Source of the DNA: Nitratireductor sp.
GTDB lineage: Bacteria; Pseudomonadota; Alphaproteobacteria; Rhizobiales; Rhizobiaceae
Direction of reading: 5' to 3'
DNA length: 64,000 nt
Assembly: GCA_020637805.1 (NCBI GenBank)
Contig: JACKJU010000013.1
Span: 19,008-83,007, forward strand
Position 1 is the stretch's first letter. Each line of letters opens with the position of its first letter. The notes beneath the pieces were generated by a model. It saw nothing but the letters and a program-made list of their open reading frames with translations, ran no database searches and was not told where the DNA came from. Below, piece after piece: positions 34,171-46,619 of this stretch. Made by a program: the position numbers and the translations under genes.

Positions 34171-35097
34171 ATGAGTTCGAAACACGTTGCGGTGTTGATG
34201 GGGGGATGGTCTTCGGAAAGACCGGTGTCGCTTGCTTCCGGGAAACCGTGCGCGGATGCACTTGAGCGCGCAGGCTTCCAGGTCACCCGCATCGATGTCG
34301 GCAGAGACATCGTCGAGGTCCTCAAGGACACGAAGCCCGATGTCGTCTTCAACGCACTGCACGGCCCGTTCGGCGAGGATGGCGGTATCCAGGCGATCCT
34401 GGAACTTCTTGAAATTCCCTACACGCATTCAGGCCTTCTGGCCTCGGCCCTTGCGATGGACAAGGAGAAGGCCAAGACCGTAGCGCGGCGGGCTGGCGTT
34501 CCAGTCGCCGAAGCCAAGGTCATGAACCGGCTCGAAGCGGCAGAAAAGCACGTGATGAAGCCGCCTTACGTCATCAAGCCGGTCGCCGAAGGATCATCTT
34601 TCGGGGTGCTGATCGTGCGCGAGGACATGTCCAATCCACCCCAGGAACTGTATTCGAAGGAATGGCCATATGGCGAGCGAATCATGGTGGAAAGGTTCAT
34701 TTCCGGGCGCGAGCTGACCTGCGCCGTGATGGGCAATGTGGCGCTTGGCGTGACGGAAATTGTGCCGCAGGGTCACAGCTTCTACGATTTCGATGCAAAA
34801 TATGCGGAAGGCGGCTCCAAACACGTGCTGCCGGCAGAAATTAAACCAAATATTTACCAAAAGATTCAGACACTGGCGCTCAAGGCACACGAGGCCATTG
34901 GCTGCAGGGGCGTATCGCGGTCGGACTTCCGTTTAGACGACGGTCCGGCGGGAACCGGAGAGTTGATCTGGCTCGAGGTCAATACGCAGCCCGGCATGAC
35001 CCCAACCTCGCTTGTACCTGAAATGGCCCTGCACGCAGGCCACAGTTTCGAGGAATTCCTGACCTGGATGGTGGAGGACGCATCGTGCAACAGGTAG
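34171..35097 (+). CDS. ddl: D-alanine--D-alanine ligase
   Basis: MGGWSSER, LHGPFGEDG, EGSS, YDFDAKY, EVNTQPG motifs. Confidence 0.96.
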   Translation: MSSKHVAVLMGGWSSERPVSLASGKPCADALERAGFQVTRIDVGRDIVEVLKDTKPDVVFNALHGPFGEDGGIQAILELLEIPYTHSGLLASALAMDKEKAKTVARRAGVPVAEAKVMNRLEAAEKHVMKPPYVIKPVAEGSSFGVLIVREDMSNPPQELYSKEWPYGERIMVERFISGRELTCAVMGNVALGVTEIVPQGHSFYDFDAKYAEGGSKHVLPAEIKPNIYQKIQTLALKAHEAIGCRGVSRSDFRLDDGPAGTGELIWLEVNTQPGMTPTSLVPEMALHAGHSFEEFLTWMVEDASCNR

Positions 35098-36020
35098 GCC
35101 CGCGGGCCAACCAGATGGGACGCTACATCACGCCGGAAGCGATTGCCGTTTCCGAGCGCGGAAGCGTTTTGCCGAAGTTCCTGCGCAAACCGGCGCGGCA
35201 GGCGAGCCGCCTGCTGAATGGCGGGTTCCACGTTTCCGGGCGCGGGCTTGCCATATTCGGCATTCTGTTTGCAGTCGCGACTGCGGGTGCGGGCCTCGTT
35301 GCCAACGGGCAGGCGGATGTCGTGCTGGCGCGTGTTGCACCGATAATCGGCCTGAAGAACATTTCCTATGACATTACCGGCGCGGTCGAAACTTCGCAGA
35401 TCGACGTGATGACCACCATTGCGCCACTGGCACAGGGGTCGCTTCTCACTTTGAGCGCGAAAGCAGCTCGCGACGCACTGATCGAGCTTCCCTGGGTTGC
35501 CGACGCCACGGTGACAAAGCGTTTTCCCGACCGGCTTTCGATCAATCTCGTGGAGCGTTCGGCATTCGCCATCTGGCAGGACGGCGACGGCCTGCATCTT
35601 GTTGATCGCGAGGGCAGGGTTCTCGGTGATTACGATGGCCGGCCCGGCATACTTCCGCTCGTCGTCGGCCAGGGGGCAGGCGATGAAGCCGCCGAAATCG
35701 TCGCATCGGTTTCGCGCTACCCGCAGATTTCCTCCAAGGTCCGGGCATACCAGCGTGTTGGCAGCAGGCGCTGGGACCTGCAGCTCGAGAACGGAATACA
35801 GGTGCTGCTGCCCGAAAACGGGCTGGAGGCAGGGCTTTCCAGGCTCGCGCAGCTGGACGAGGAAAAGGACATCTTCAACCGCGCCGTGGAGCGCATCGAT
35901 CTCAGGTCAGATGACCGGGTGGTCTTCCGGCTGGAGCAGGGTGCAGCCGACGCAATGCGCGAAGTGCGCGAGGAGCAGATAAAGCGAATGGAAAAAGCCA
36001 AGAGGGAGCGCCAGATATGA
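35085..36020 (+). CDS. ftsQ: Cell division protein FtsQ
   Basis: TM plus POTRA domain (LPWV..FPD.L...VER), RRWDL, IDLR; position between ddl and ftsA. Confidence 0.9.
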   Translation: MQQVGPRANQMGRYITPEAIAVSERGSVLPKFLRKPARQASRLLNGGFHVSGRGLAIFGILFAVATAGAGLVANGQADVVLARVAPIIGLKNISYDITGAVETSQIDVMTTIAPLAQGSLLTLSAKAARDALIELPWVADATVTKRFPDRLSINLVERSAFAIWQDGDGLHLVDREGRVLGDYDGRPGILPLVVGQGAGDEAAEIVASVSRYPQISSKVRAYQRVGSRRWDLQLENGIQVLLPENGLEAGLSRLAQLDEEKDIFNRAVERIDLRSDDRVVFRLEQGAADAMREVREEQIKRMEKAKRERQI

Positions 36021-37345
36021 GCCTGCTCAACTCCGGTTTTGTTCCGCGCATGAAGCCGCTTTCCAGCCGCAAACCCACGGTGGTTAGCGTTCTCGACGTT
36101 GGCACGTCGAAAATCTGCTGCATCATCGCAAATCTCACCCCGCGCCAGCAAAGCTCCGTCTTGCCAGGCCGTACCCACCATGTCGAAGTGATCGGAATAG
36201 GTCACCAGCGTTCGCGCGGCATCAAGTCAGGCGTGGTCGTCGATCTCGACGGGGCGGAACAGGCGATCCGGCATGCGGTTGAGACCGCGGAACGGATGGC
36301 GGGCGTGACGGTGGAATCGCTGATCGTCAATGTTTCCTCGGGACGCCTCTTCTCCGAGGCCTTTTCCGCAGACATATCGATCGGTGGACACGAAATCAGC
36401 GAGGCAGACATTTCGCAGGTCCTGAGAGCCGGCGCAGAACATGCGCTGGCGCCGGAACGTTCGGTCGTTCATTCCCTGCCGATCGGCTACACGCTGGACG
36501 GGGAAACAGGCATTCTCGACCCGCGCGGCATGATCGGCGATACGCTCGGCGTCGACATGCATGTGCTGACAGCCGAAAACGCGCCGCTGCGCAATCTAGA
36601 ACTGTGCATCAACAGGGCACATCTTTCCGTCGAGGCGATGGTGGCGACGCCATATGCTTCCGGCCTTGCTGCTCTGGTTGATGACGAAACCGAGATGGGT
36701 TCGGCCTGCATCGACATGGGCGGCGGCACCACCACGCTTTCGGTATTTCTCAATCGCCGTTTCATCTACTGCGATGCGATTGCCATTGGCGGCAATCACG
36801 TGACGATGGATCTGGCACGGGGTCTTTCGACCCGGCTCGACGATGCCGAGCGGCTCAAGGTGCTGCACGGCACGGTTCTGGGCGGCGCGTGCGACGACGA
36901 CGATCTCGTATCGGTTCCCGGCATCGACGACAGCGAGAACGACTACCACCAGCAGGTTTCGAGGGCCCAGATCACCAGGATCATCCGTCCGCGCGTCGAG
37001 GAGACGCTGGAACTGATCCGCGACCGGCTGGCGCGGTCTGGTTTTGCAGACGCAGTGGGCAAGCGGGTCGTGCTGACGGGCGGCGCGGCGCAACTGGGCG
37101 GCATGGGCGAACTGGCCCGGCGGATCCTTTCCAAGAATGTGCGCATCGGCAGGCCCATGGGGATTGCCGGAATGCCGGAGGCGGCCAAGGGGCCTGCCTT
37201 TTCGACTGCGGTCGGCCTGATGGTCTATCCGCAGATTTCACAGATAGAGTGCCATACGACTGGGTTTCAGAGGCATGCGGGCCTGCTGACCGGCACCGGC
37301 GGCACTTTTTCACGCCTTGGCCACTGGCTGAAGGCAAGCTTTTGA
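36017..37345 (+). CDS. ftsA: Cell division protein FtsA
   Basis: LDVGTSKI, IDMGGGTT, AERLK, LTGG motifs; C-terminal amphipathic helix WLKASF. Confidence 0.96.
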   Translation: MSLLNSGFVPRMKPLSSRKPTVVSVLDVGTSKICCIIANLTPRQQSSVLPGRTHHVEVIGIGHQRSRGIKSGVVVDLDGAEQAIRHAVETAERMAGVTVESLIVNVSSGRLFSEAFSADISIGGHEISEADISQVLRAGAEHALAPERSVVHSLPIGYTLDGETGILDPRGMIGDTLGVDMHVLTAENAPLRNLELCINRAHLSVEAMVATPYASGLAALVDDETEMGSACIDMGGGTTTLSVFLNRRFIYCDAIAIGGNHVTMDLARGLSTRLDDAERLKVLHGTVLGGACDDDDLVSVPGIDDSENDYHQQVSRAQITRIIRPRVEETLELIRDRLARSGFADAVGKRVVLTGGAAQLGGMGELARRILSKNVRIGRPMGIAGMPEAAKGPAFSTAVGLMVYPQISQIECHTTGFQRHAGLLTGTGGTFSRLGHWLKASF

Positions 37346-37437
37346 GTGCGGCAACTCCGAGCCGGTGAAAACCGGCAAGGAACAACAGGTTCTGGCTGGG
37401 CTGAGGGTCTTTCCGGAACAAGTTTGGAGACGAGGAA

Positions 37438-39166
37438 ATGACTATCAATCTGCAGAAGCCCGACATCCGGGAACTGAAGCCGAAGATTACCGTCTTTGGC
37501 GTTGGCGGCGGCGGCGGCAATGCCGTCAACAACATGATCAATGGCGGTCTTGAAGGCGTCGATTTCGTCTGTGCGAATACCGATGCACAGGCGCTGACCA
37601 TGTCGAAAGCCGAAAAGATCATCCAGCTTGGCCACGGGCAACCCAGGGTCTCGGTGCCGGTTCGCAGCCGGAAGTGGGCCGCCAGGCCGCAGAGGAATGC
37701 CTGGATGAAATCCAGGATTACCTGCAGGGCACGCATATGGCCTTCGTCACGGCAGGCATGGGTGGCGGCACCGGAACGGGTGCGGCTCCTGTCGTTGCAC
37801 GCGCAGCACGCGAACTTGGCATTCTGACCGTCGGCGTGGTCACCAAACCCTTCCAGTTCGAGGGTCAGCGCCGCATGCGCACCGCCGAGGACGGCATTCT
37901 GGAACTCCAGAAGAACGTCGACACGCTCATCGTCATTCCAAACCAGAACCTGTTCCGCATCGCCAATGACAAGACTACCTTCGCAGATGCGTTCGGAATG
38001 GCCGACCAGGTCCTCTATTCCGGCGTTTCCTGCATCACTGACCTGATGGTCAAGGAAGGCCTCATCAACCTCGATTTTGCCGATGTTCGCTCCGTCATGC
38101 GCGAGATGGGCAAGGCGATGATGGGAACCGGCGAGGCTTCCGGCGACGGACGCGCGATGCAGGCTGCTGAAGCAGCGATTTCCAACCCGCTGCTCGATGA
38201 AACCTCGATGCGCGGCGCGCAGGGACCCTGATCTCGATCACCGGTGGCCGCGACATGACGCTGTTCGAGGTGGACGAGGCTGCCACGCGCATCCGCGAGG
38301 AAGTCGATTCGGAAGCCAACATCATCGTTGGCGCAACCTTCGACGAGAGCCTGGACGGGATCTTCCGCGTTTCGGTTGTCGCCACCGGCATCGACAATTC
38401 CGCGATGACCGCCAAACCGGTTGTCCAGCCCGGCCGCACCGAGGCAATCGCCCGTCCTGCGGTCATGGCGCAGAAACCGGCAACTCCGCAGGCAGCTCCG
38501 GCTTCCCAGCCGATCGCAATGGGCATTCCGCAGAAACCTGCGGCTCCGGTTGCATCTCCCGCGGCGTCCAGGCCTGCCCAGCCGATGCCGGCACCGGCAG
38601 CTGTCGAGAAGAACGGCGTAAAGATCGAGCCGCTGAAGCGCAGTGCCGAACCGAACCCGCGCGAAATGGAAGATGAGTTCCGGGACGCTCTCGAAGCTGA
38701 ACTGATGCCCAGGGAGACCACCTTCGTTCCGCCGGCTGCACAGCGTCCGGACCGTCCGGTTGCCGCCCAGCGTGTGCCCCAGGTCGAGGATTTCCCGGCG
38801 ATCGCCCGCACGGCAACCGAAGCCCCGCGCGCAGCGCAGACCGAACAAAAGCGCGAAGGCAGCCCGATGAGCCTGCTCCAGAAGCTGAAAACCGGGTTTG
38901 GCGTTCGCGAAGAACACCACAATCCGGCTCCCGCTGAGCGGGCGGAGCCTGCACGCGCCGAAATGCCGGTTCGTGCACAGCCGCAGCCACAACCGGTTCC
39001 GGCACCTCAGCCGCGTCCGGCAGTTGCGGCACAGGCTGCCGACAATCCGTATGCACCCAAGGGCAACCTCGACCAGACAGGCCGTCCGACCTCGCCGCAG
39101 CCGCGCTCACTGCACGACGACGACGAGCTGGAAATCCCGGCCTTCCTGCGCCGCCAGGCCAACTGA
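37438..39166 (+). pseudogene. ftsZ: Cell division protein FtsZ, frameshifted twice as written (more likely a sequence error than a true pseudogene)
   Basis: Three ORF pieces carry [20 protein letters not shown] and NLDFADV, and the tail [12 protein letters not shown]. One base is missing near 37636-37639 and one near 38226-38227; restoring both gives 1731 nt (576 aa). Confidence 0.9.
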
Positions 39167-39197
39167 TACAGGGCTGTAATCCAGCTTGAAACCAAAT

Positions 39198-39232
39198 ACC
39201 CGCAATGCGCCTGCATTGCGGGTTTCCGTTTT
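39198..39232 (+). terminator. Intrinsic terminator after ftsZ
   Basis: ACCCGCAATGC-GCCT-GCATTGCGGGT 11-bp stem followed by a T-rich tail. Confidence 0.75.
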
Positions 39233-39467
39233 GTTAACTTCCTGTTTGTAAAGTGGAAAGGGTTACGTCGGGGAATGCCAAAATAGGTAACAAATCGTAA
39301 GAAAGCGTGATTTGGTTCCAGGCGAGTGTATATGTACACATGTCGCTGCCAGATAACCGCAAAAAAGCCCGATTCCGATACAGGGCCTGCGGAAAGGGGG
39401 GCAAGGGTTCGCTGCTTGAAGTGCCGTGAACCGCATTTGCCGGAAAAACCGATAACAAGGCAGGGAC

Positions 39468-40424
39468 ATGGGGAACGTAGTACTAGGTTACCAGACCACC
39501 CTCAGGGAAAAAGCGGAATTCAGCGGAATAGGCGTTCATTCGGGACAGCCGGTATCGCTGGTAATGCACCCTGCAGAAGCCAATACAGGTATCATCTTTT
39601 CGGTAACCTGCCCGCGCACCGGTGATGTGCGTGACATTCCCGCGACCCTGGGCTCCATCGGGGCCACCGATCTTTGCACTGTGCTGGGCGATCCGTCCGG
39701 CATTTTTATTGCGACCGTCGAGCACCTCATGGCTGCCATCCGGGCGCTTAACCTCGACAACGCCATCATCGACGTTGACGCCTACGAGGTGCCGGTTCTC
39801 GACGGAAGTTCGCGTCCGTTCGTGGAAGGCATCCAGCAGGCTGGTATCGTCGAACTGAAAGAGCCGCGCGTCTATATCCGCGTCAAGAAACCGGTTCGCA
39901 TCAGCATGGGTGCATCCTGGGCCGAGTTCGTTCCGCATGAGGGGACCCGCTTCGAAGTCGATATCGATTTCGATTGCCCGACCATCGGCCGTCAGTCGCA
40001 TGTCTGCGATCTTTCCGCCGAGAGCTTTTCACGCGATGTTTCGGCTGCACGCACCTTCGGTTTCATGAAGGACGTCGAGCGCCTCTGGGCAGCGGGCTTT
40101 GCCCTTGGCTCCTCGCTCGAGAATTCCGTCGTCATCGGAGACGACAACAAGATCATCAATCCCGAGGGCCTGCGCTACAAGGACGAGTTCGTTCGCCACA
40201 AGCTGCTGGATGCAGTTGGCGATATCGCTCTTGCAGGCGCGCCGATTCTCGGTGCCTTCCGCTCCTACCGTGGCGGCCACAAGCTCAACTCGATGATGCT
40301 GAAAGCCCTGTTTGCGGATGCTTCCGCCTACGAATTCGTGGAGGCCGCAGCATCTCAGGCTCGCGTTTCCTACAATGAACTCGTTGCGGTCAGCGCTCCG
40401 GCATATGCTGCCGACCTGAGCTGA
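39468..40424 (+). CDS. lpxC: UDP-3-O-acyl-GlcNAc deacetylase
   Basis: GIGVHSG, TVEHL, DGSS, ARTFGF, RHKLLDAVGD motifs. Confidence 0.97.
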   Translation: MGNVVLGYQTTLREKAEFSGIGVHSGQPVSLVMHPAEANTGIIFSVTCPRTGDVRDIPATLGSIGATDLCTVLGDPSGIFIATVEHLMAAIRALNLDNAIIDVDAYEVPVLDGSSRPFVEGIQQAGIVELKEPRVYIRVKKPVRISMGASWAEFVPHEGTRFEVDIDFDCPTIGRQSHVCDLSAESFSRDVSAARTFGFMKDVERLWAAGFALGSSLENSVVIGDDNKIINPEGLRYKDEFVRHKLLDAVGDIALAGAPILGAFRSYRGGHKLNSMMLKALFADASAYEFVEAAASQARVSYNELVAVSAPAYAADLS

Positions 40425-40982
40425 GCCGGGTTGATTTGATCCGGCTGCAAGTGGCGGCCACGAATCCCGGTTCACGCCAAATCCCGTTTCAATTGCATAT
40501 CTGCAACACTTCCCCGAAAGCCTCTTCCGCGCCTTATTCCGGCGACAATTGGTTGCGACAGCCGTTGTACTCGATGCAGCTGGCTGTTTTTTCATGGCTG
40601 ACTGCGCAGAATGTGCCGGGTATAGCATGCCGCAGGTCTATTGGTTTTGACGGCGAAAACTGGTATCAGGCTATCGCGCCTGGCGCTGTTTCCTGATCCG
40701 TCAATCGGACAGCAGGCAGACAGGCGCAAGATGTTGAAATAACTGGTGCACCATCGCATTTGACCCGGTTGCGGGAATGCATGCAATGAGGCGCCGGGCA
40801 TTCAAGGTCCGGATGTTGAGAACAACACGGACAAGACGGGAAACGCCGGCAAGGCAAGGGGAGGTTCGTTCAGGCGAACACGAGATGCCCGCCGGTTTGC
40901 AATGAGAGACGCATTGCTGCGTCAGGTTCTATGGATGGCGGAGCGTATTGTCCGCCAATGAGGCAGGGACATTCGACAAGTG

Positions 40983-41885
40983 ATGTATCGTTGGAATAGC
41001 CGCAAGCCGGTCCTGTGGGTAAAGAAGGGCGCGCGCGCTGCAATGGTGGCACTGTCGCTTGGCGCCGGTGCAATCGTGCTTTCTGCCTGCCAGTCCAAGG
41101 AAATCTCCTCGAAGGATTTCGTGGACAACATTCAGCCCGCCGACTTGCTGTACAACCAGGCCCTGGCCAGCATGGACGAGGGCAATCTGACCCGCGCCAT
41201 GAAGAAGCTGAACGAGCTTGACCGGCAGCACCCGTATTCGGAGTTCTCGCGCCGCGCGCTGATCATGCAGACCTTCATTTCCTACCGGCAGGGCAACTAC
41301 ATCGATTCCGCCGAGTTCGGAAAACGCTACGTATCGCTGTATCCCGGTGACAAGGATGCCGCCTATGCGCAGTACCTGGTGGGCATGTCCTACTACCGCC
41401 AGATGCCGGACGTTTCGCGCGACCAGTCGGTAACAGCAAGAGCGCACAATGCCATGCTGGAATTGACCGAGCGCTATCCCGAAAGCGAATATGTCGAGGA
41501 CGCCAAGACCAAGATGCGCGTCACCCGCGACCAGGTCGCGGGCAAGGAAATGCTGACGGGCCGCTACTATCTTGAGCGCCGTGAATACCTCGCGGCCATC
41601 AACCGTTTCCGCAAGGTGGTGCAGACCTATCCGGACACCCGCCACGTGGAAGAGGCGCTTGCGCGGCTTACCGAGGCCTATTACGCGATGGGCCTTGCCA
41701 ACGAGGCACAGGCCGCCGCTGCCGTGCTCGGACACAACTTCCCGGACAGCCAGTGGTACAAGGATTCCGTTGCACTGCTTCAGTCCGGCGGGCTTTCGCC
41801 GCGCGAGAACAAACGGTCCTGGCTGAGCGGCTTCACCACCGACAAGCCACAGAATTCCAGGATCCAAGAGATAAATGCTGGCTGA
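40983..41885 (+). CDS. bamD: Outer membrane protein assembly lipoprotein BamD
   Basis: LSAC lipobox, TPR repeats, RDQ, GRYY, AAINRF, EEALARL; lpxC-bamD-recN synteny; start uncertain. Confidence 0.92.
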   Translation: MYRWNSRKPVLWVKKGARAAMVALSLGAGAIVLSACQSKEISSKDFVDNIQPADLLYNQALASMDEGNLTRAMKKLNELDRQHPYSEFSRRALIMQTFISYRQGNYIDSAEFGKRYVSLYPGDKDAAYAQYLVGMSYYRQMPDVSRDQSVTARAHNAMLELTERYPESEYVEDAKTKMRVTRDQVAGKEMLTGRYYLERREYLAAINRFRKVVQTYPDTRHVEEALARLTEAYYAMGLANEAQAAAAVLGHNFPDSQWYKDSVALLQSGGLSPRENKRSWLSGFTTDKPQNSRIQEINAG

Positions 41886-43551
41886 GCTTTCGATCCGCGA
41901 CATTGTTCTGATCGAAAAACTCAATCTGCGCTTCGACGCGGGGCTTAGTGTGCTGACCGGGGAGACCGGTGCAGGCAAGTCCATTCTTCTCGATGCATTG
42001 TCGCTGGCTCTGGGCGCGCGGGGCGAGGGCGGTCTTGTTCGCCACGGCGAGAAGCAGGGGCAGGTCACTGCCGTGTTCGACCTGCCAATCGGCCATTCCG
42101 TGCTGGCCCTTTTGGACGAGAACGGAATTCAGCACGAAGGTTCGCTTATCCTGCGGCGCGTACAATCGGCAGACGGGCGCTCCAAGGCATTTGTCAACGA
42201 CCAGCCGGTTTCGGTTGGCCTCATGCGCCAGATCGGCCATCTGCTGGTCGAACTGCATGGCCAGCACGACGAACGCGCTCTCATCCAGCCCTCTTCCCAT
42301 CGTGACATGGTTGACGCATTCGGTGCCCTCGGTACAGCAGCGGCCGGTGTCGCGGCAGCCTGGGAAAGACTGCAGGATTTGCGCCGGGAGATGGCAGACC
42401 TGAGGGAACGCGTGGATGCGGCAGCGCGCGAAGCGGACTATCTGCGCGACAGTGTAGCCGAACTCGAAAAACTCGCGCCGGAGCCTGGCGAAGAGGAAGA
42501 ACTGGCGGTGCGGCGTCAAACGATGATGCAGGCGGAGAAGATCGCCAGCGAACTGAACGAGGCCGTCGATACGCTGGGTGGTCCGGCTTCGCCATTGCCG
42601 GTGCTTTCCAGCCTTGTGCGTTCGCTGGAGCGCAAGATGGCGCAGGCGCCGGGCATGCTCGACGAAGCGGTAAAGCAACTGGATGCAGGGCTTGATGCAC
42701 TTCACCTGGCACACCAGGAACTGGAGCGGGCGCTGCGCGACGCGGATTTCGACCCGCGCGAACTCGAAATGGCAGAAGAACGCCTGTTCGCGCTCAGGGC
42801 CGCGTCCCGCAAGTACGCGGTTGCCGTGGAAAACCTGCCCGAACTGGCAGTGAAACTGGCGGACGACCTTGAAAACCTGAATGCGGGCGAGGAGCGTCTG
42901 GCTGCAATCGAGGGGCAGGTGCGCGAACAGGAGGCCAGGTTCCGCGCGGCTGCATCCGAGCTTTCCAGGATGCGCGAGCAGGCAGCGGCGGAACTGGTGG
43001 CGGCAGTAAGCCTGGAACTTCCATCCCTGAAGCTGGAGGCTGCCGAATTCATCGTGCATCACGAGGTGGACGAGAAGAGCGCGGGCGCACACGGTTTCGA
43101 CCAGATGGAATTCTGGGTTCGAACCAATCCCGGAACACGGGCCGGTTCGATGTTCAAGGTGGCGTCCGGTGGTGAGCTTTCGCGTTTCATGCTTGCGCTC
43201 AAGGTGGCGCTGGCCGGAAACGGTTCGGCGCCATGCCTGATCTTCGACGAGATCGACACCGGGGCAGGCGGGGCGGTGGCGGACGCCATCGGCAGGCGGC
43301 TTTCGAGACTGGCAGACAGTGTGCAGGTGATCTGCGTCACCCACGCGCCGCAGGTTGCGGCGCGGGCATCAACCCATTTCCAGATATCGAAATCGAGCGT
43401 GGACAGTGGCGAAGGCCGTACAGCGACGGCTGTACGGGCGATCTCGGGCAACGAACGCCGCGAGGAAGTGGCGCGCATGCTGGCCGGTGCTTCCATCACT
43501 GACGAAGCGCGTGCAGCGGCAGATCAGTTGATCAAGCAGACGGCAGCCTGA
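41875..43551 (+). CDS. recN: DNA repair protein RecN
   Basis: TGETGAGKS Walker A, HGQH, ASGGELSR, FDEID, VTHAPQVAA motifs. Confidence 0.96.
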   Translation: MLAELSIRDIVLIEKLNLRFDAGLSVLTGETGAGKSILLDALSLALGARGEGGLVRHGEKQGQVTAVFDLPIGHSVLALLDENGIQHEGSLILRRVQSADGRSKAFVNDQPVSVGLMRQIGHLLVELHGQHDERALIQPSSHRDMVDAFGALGTAAAGVAAAWERLQDLRREMADLRERVDAAAREADYLRDSVAELEKLAPEPGEEEELAVRRQTMMQAEKIASELNEAVDTLGGPASPLPVLSSLVRSLERKMAQAPGMLDEAVKQLDAGLDALHLAHQELERALRDADFDPRELEMAEERLFALRAASRKYAVAVENLPELAVKLADDLENLNAGEERLAAIEGQVREQEARFRAAASELSRMREQAAAELVAAVSLELPSLKLEAAEFIVHHEVDEKSAGAHGFDQMEFWVRTNPGTRAGSMFKVASGGELSRFMLALKVALAGNGSAPCLIFDEIDTGAGGAVADAIGRRLSRLADSVQVICVTHAPQVAARASTHFQISKSSVDSGEGRTATAVRAISGNERREEVARMLAGASITDEARAAADQLIKQTAA

Positions 43552-43682
43552 CCGCGATCAAATTTTGTGTGACGTGCTCTTTTTTAATTGAGCGCCACCC
43601 CAATAGGCAGCAAGATAACTTCACTCATCAGTTCGTTCCGGCACCTGCGTTGGCGGGAACCTGAAATCCGCAAGCGAGGCCC

Positions 43683-44318
43683 GTGAAAATGATACGATCT
43701 GCCGTGAAGAATTCTGCCTTTGCCATGGCTTTGGCCTGCGGCGCGAGCCTCGCCTTGACGGCCGGAGTGGCGCAGGCACGCGTGAAGGTCAACGAAAAGA
43801 CCACCTACTACTACGTCAACGGCAAGGACGGTGCGCAACTGACCCGTTCGATGGCGCGGGGCGGCCTTTGGAACATCCGCCAGGCACATGCGATCGCGGC
43901 GACGCAAACAACCTATGATTTCGGCAAGCCGGAAATCGTGGTTAAGAACGGCTGGTGCAGGCTCAGCGAACCCGTTGTCGTGCTGAACCTCAAATTCATC
44001 TATCCGAAATGGCCGGGATACAAGCGCGCCTCGCCGGAGGTTAAGGCGAAGTGGGACAAGTTCTACAAGGAGCTTGTTGCCCATGAGAAGGAACACGGAA
44101 AGATCGCGCGGGCCGGGGCAAAGCAGCTCGATCAGGCGATGCGAAGCGTGAAGGTTCGCGATACGCGCCAATGTGCCGATTTTGGCGTGGCGATAAGCAG
44201 CAAGCTTGAGCCGATCCTCAAGAAAACGGCGGAACGCCAGGTTGGTTTCGACAAGCGCGAATACATGGAAACGAGCAGGGTGACCAAGGCTCAGAAACTT
44301 CTGTTCATGGCCAAGTGA
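43683..44318 (+). CDS. DUF922-like secreted putative Zn-dependent protease
   Basis: Signal peptide, YYYVNG, YPKW, HEKEH (HExxH), conserved Cys pair. Confidence 0.75.
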   Translation: MKMIRSAVKNSAFAMALACGASLALTAGVAQARVKVNEKTTYYYVNGKDGAQLTRSMARGGLWNIRQAHAIAATQTTYDFGKPEIVVKNGWCRLSEPVVVLNLKFIYPKWPGYKRASPEVKAKWDKFYKELVAHEKEHGKIARAGAKQLDQAMRSVKVRDTRQCADFGVAISSKLEPILKKTAERQVGFDKREYMETSRVTKAQKLLFMAK

Positions 44319-44398
44319 AAGCGCTTGCCTTTTCACACAGAAGCAATTGTGCAACGCTTTCGGGTTGCCTGAAATCCGGTTTTGAAGCTACAGCTTGA

Positions 44399-46615
<2,217 letters not shown>

Positions 46616-46619
46616 TGCG

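Noticed and set aside
37620-38240. Programmed ribosomal frameshifting as the explanation for split ftsZ
   Set aside because: Neither junction has an X XXY YYZ slippery heptamer, and two successive shifts in an abundant essential protein are implausible.
38400-39110. Pro/Ala/Gln-rich low-complexity stretch in ftsZ
   Set aside because: A long disordered C-terminal linker is normal for alphaproteobacterial FtsZ.
40425-40980. 555-bp lpxC-bamD intergenic region as an sRNA or small-gene site
   Set aside because: I recognised no RNA family motif, strong terminator or convincing ORF; it is probably a promoter/leader region.
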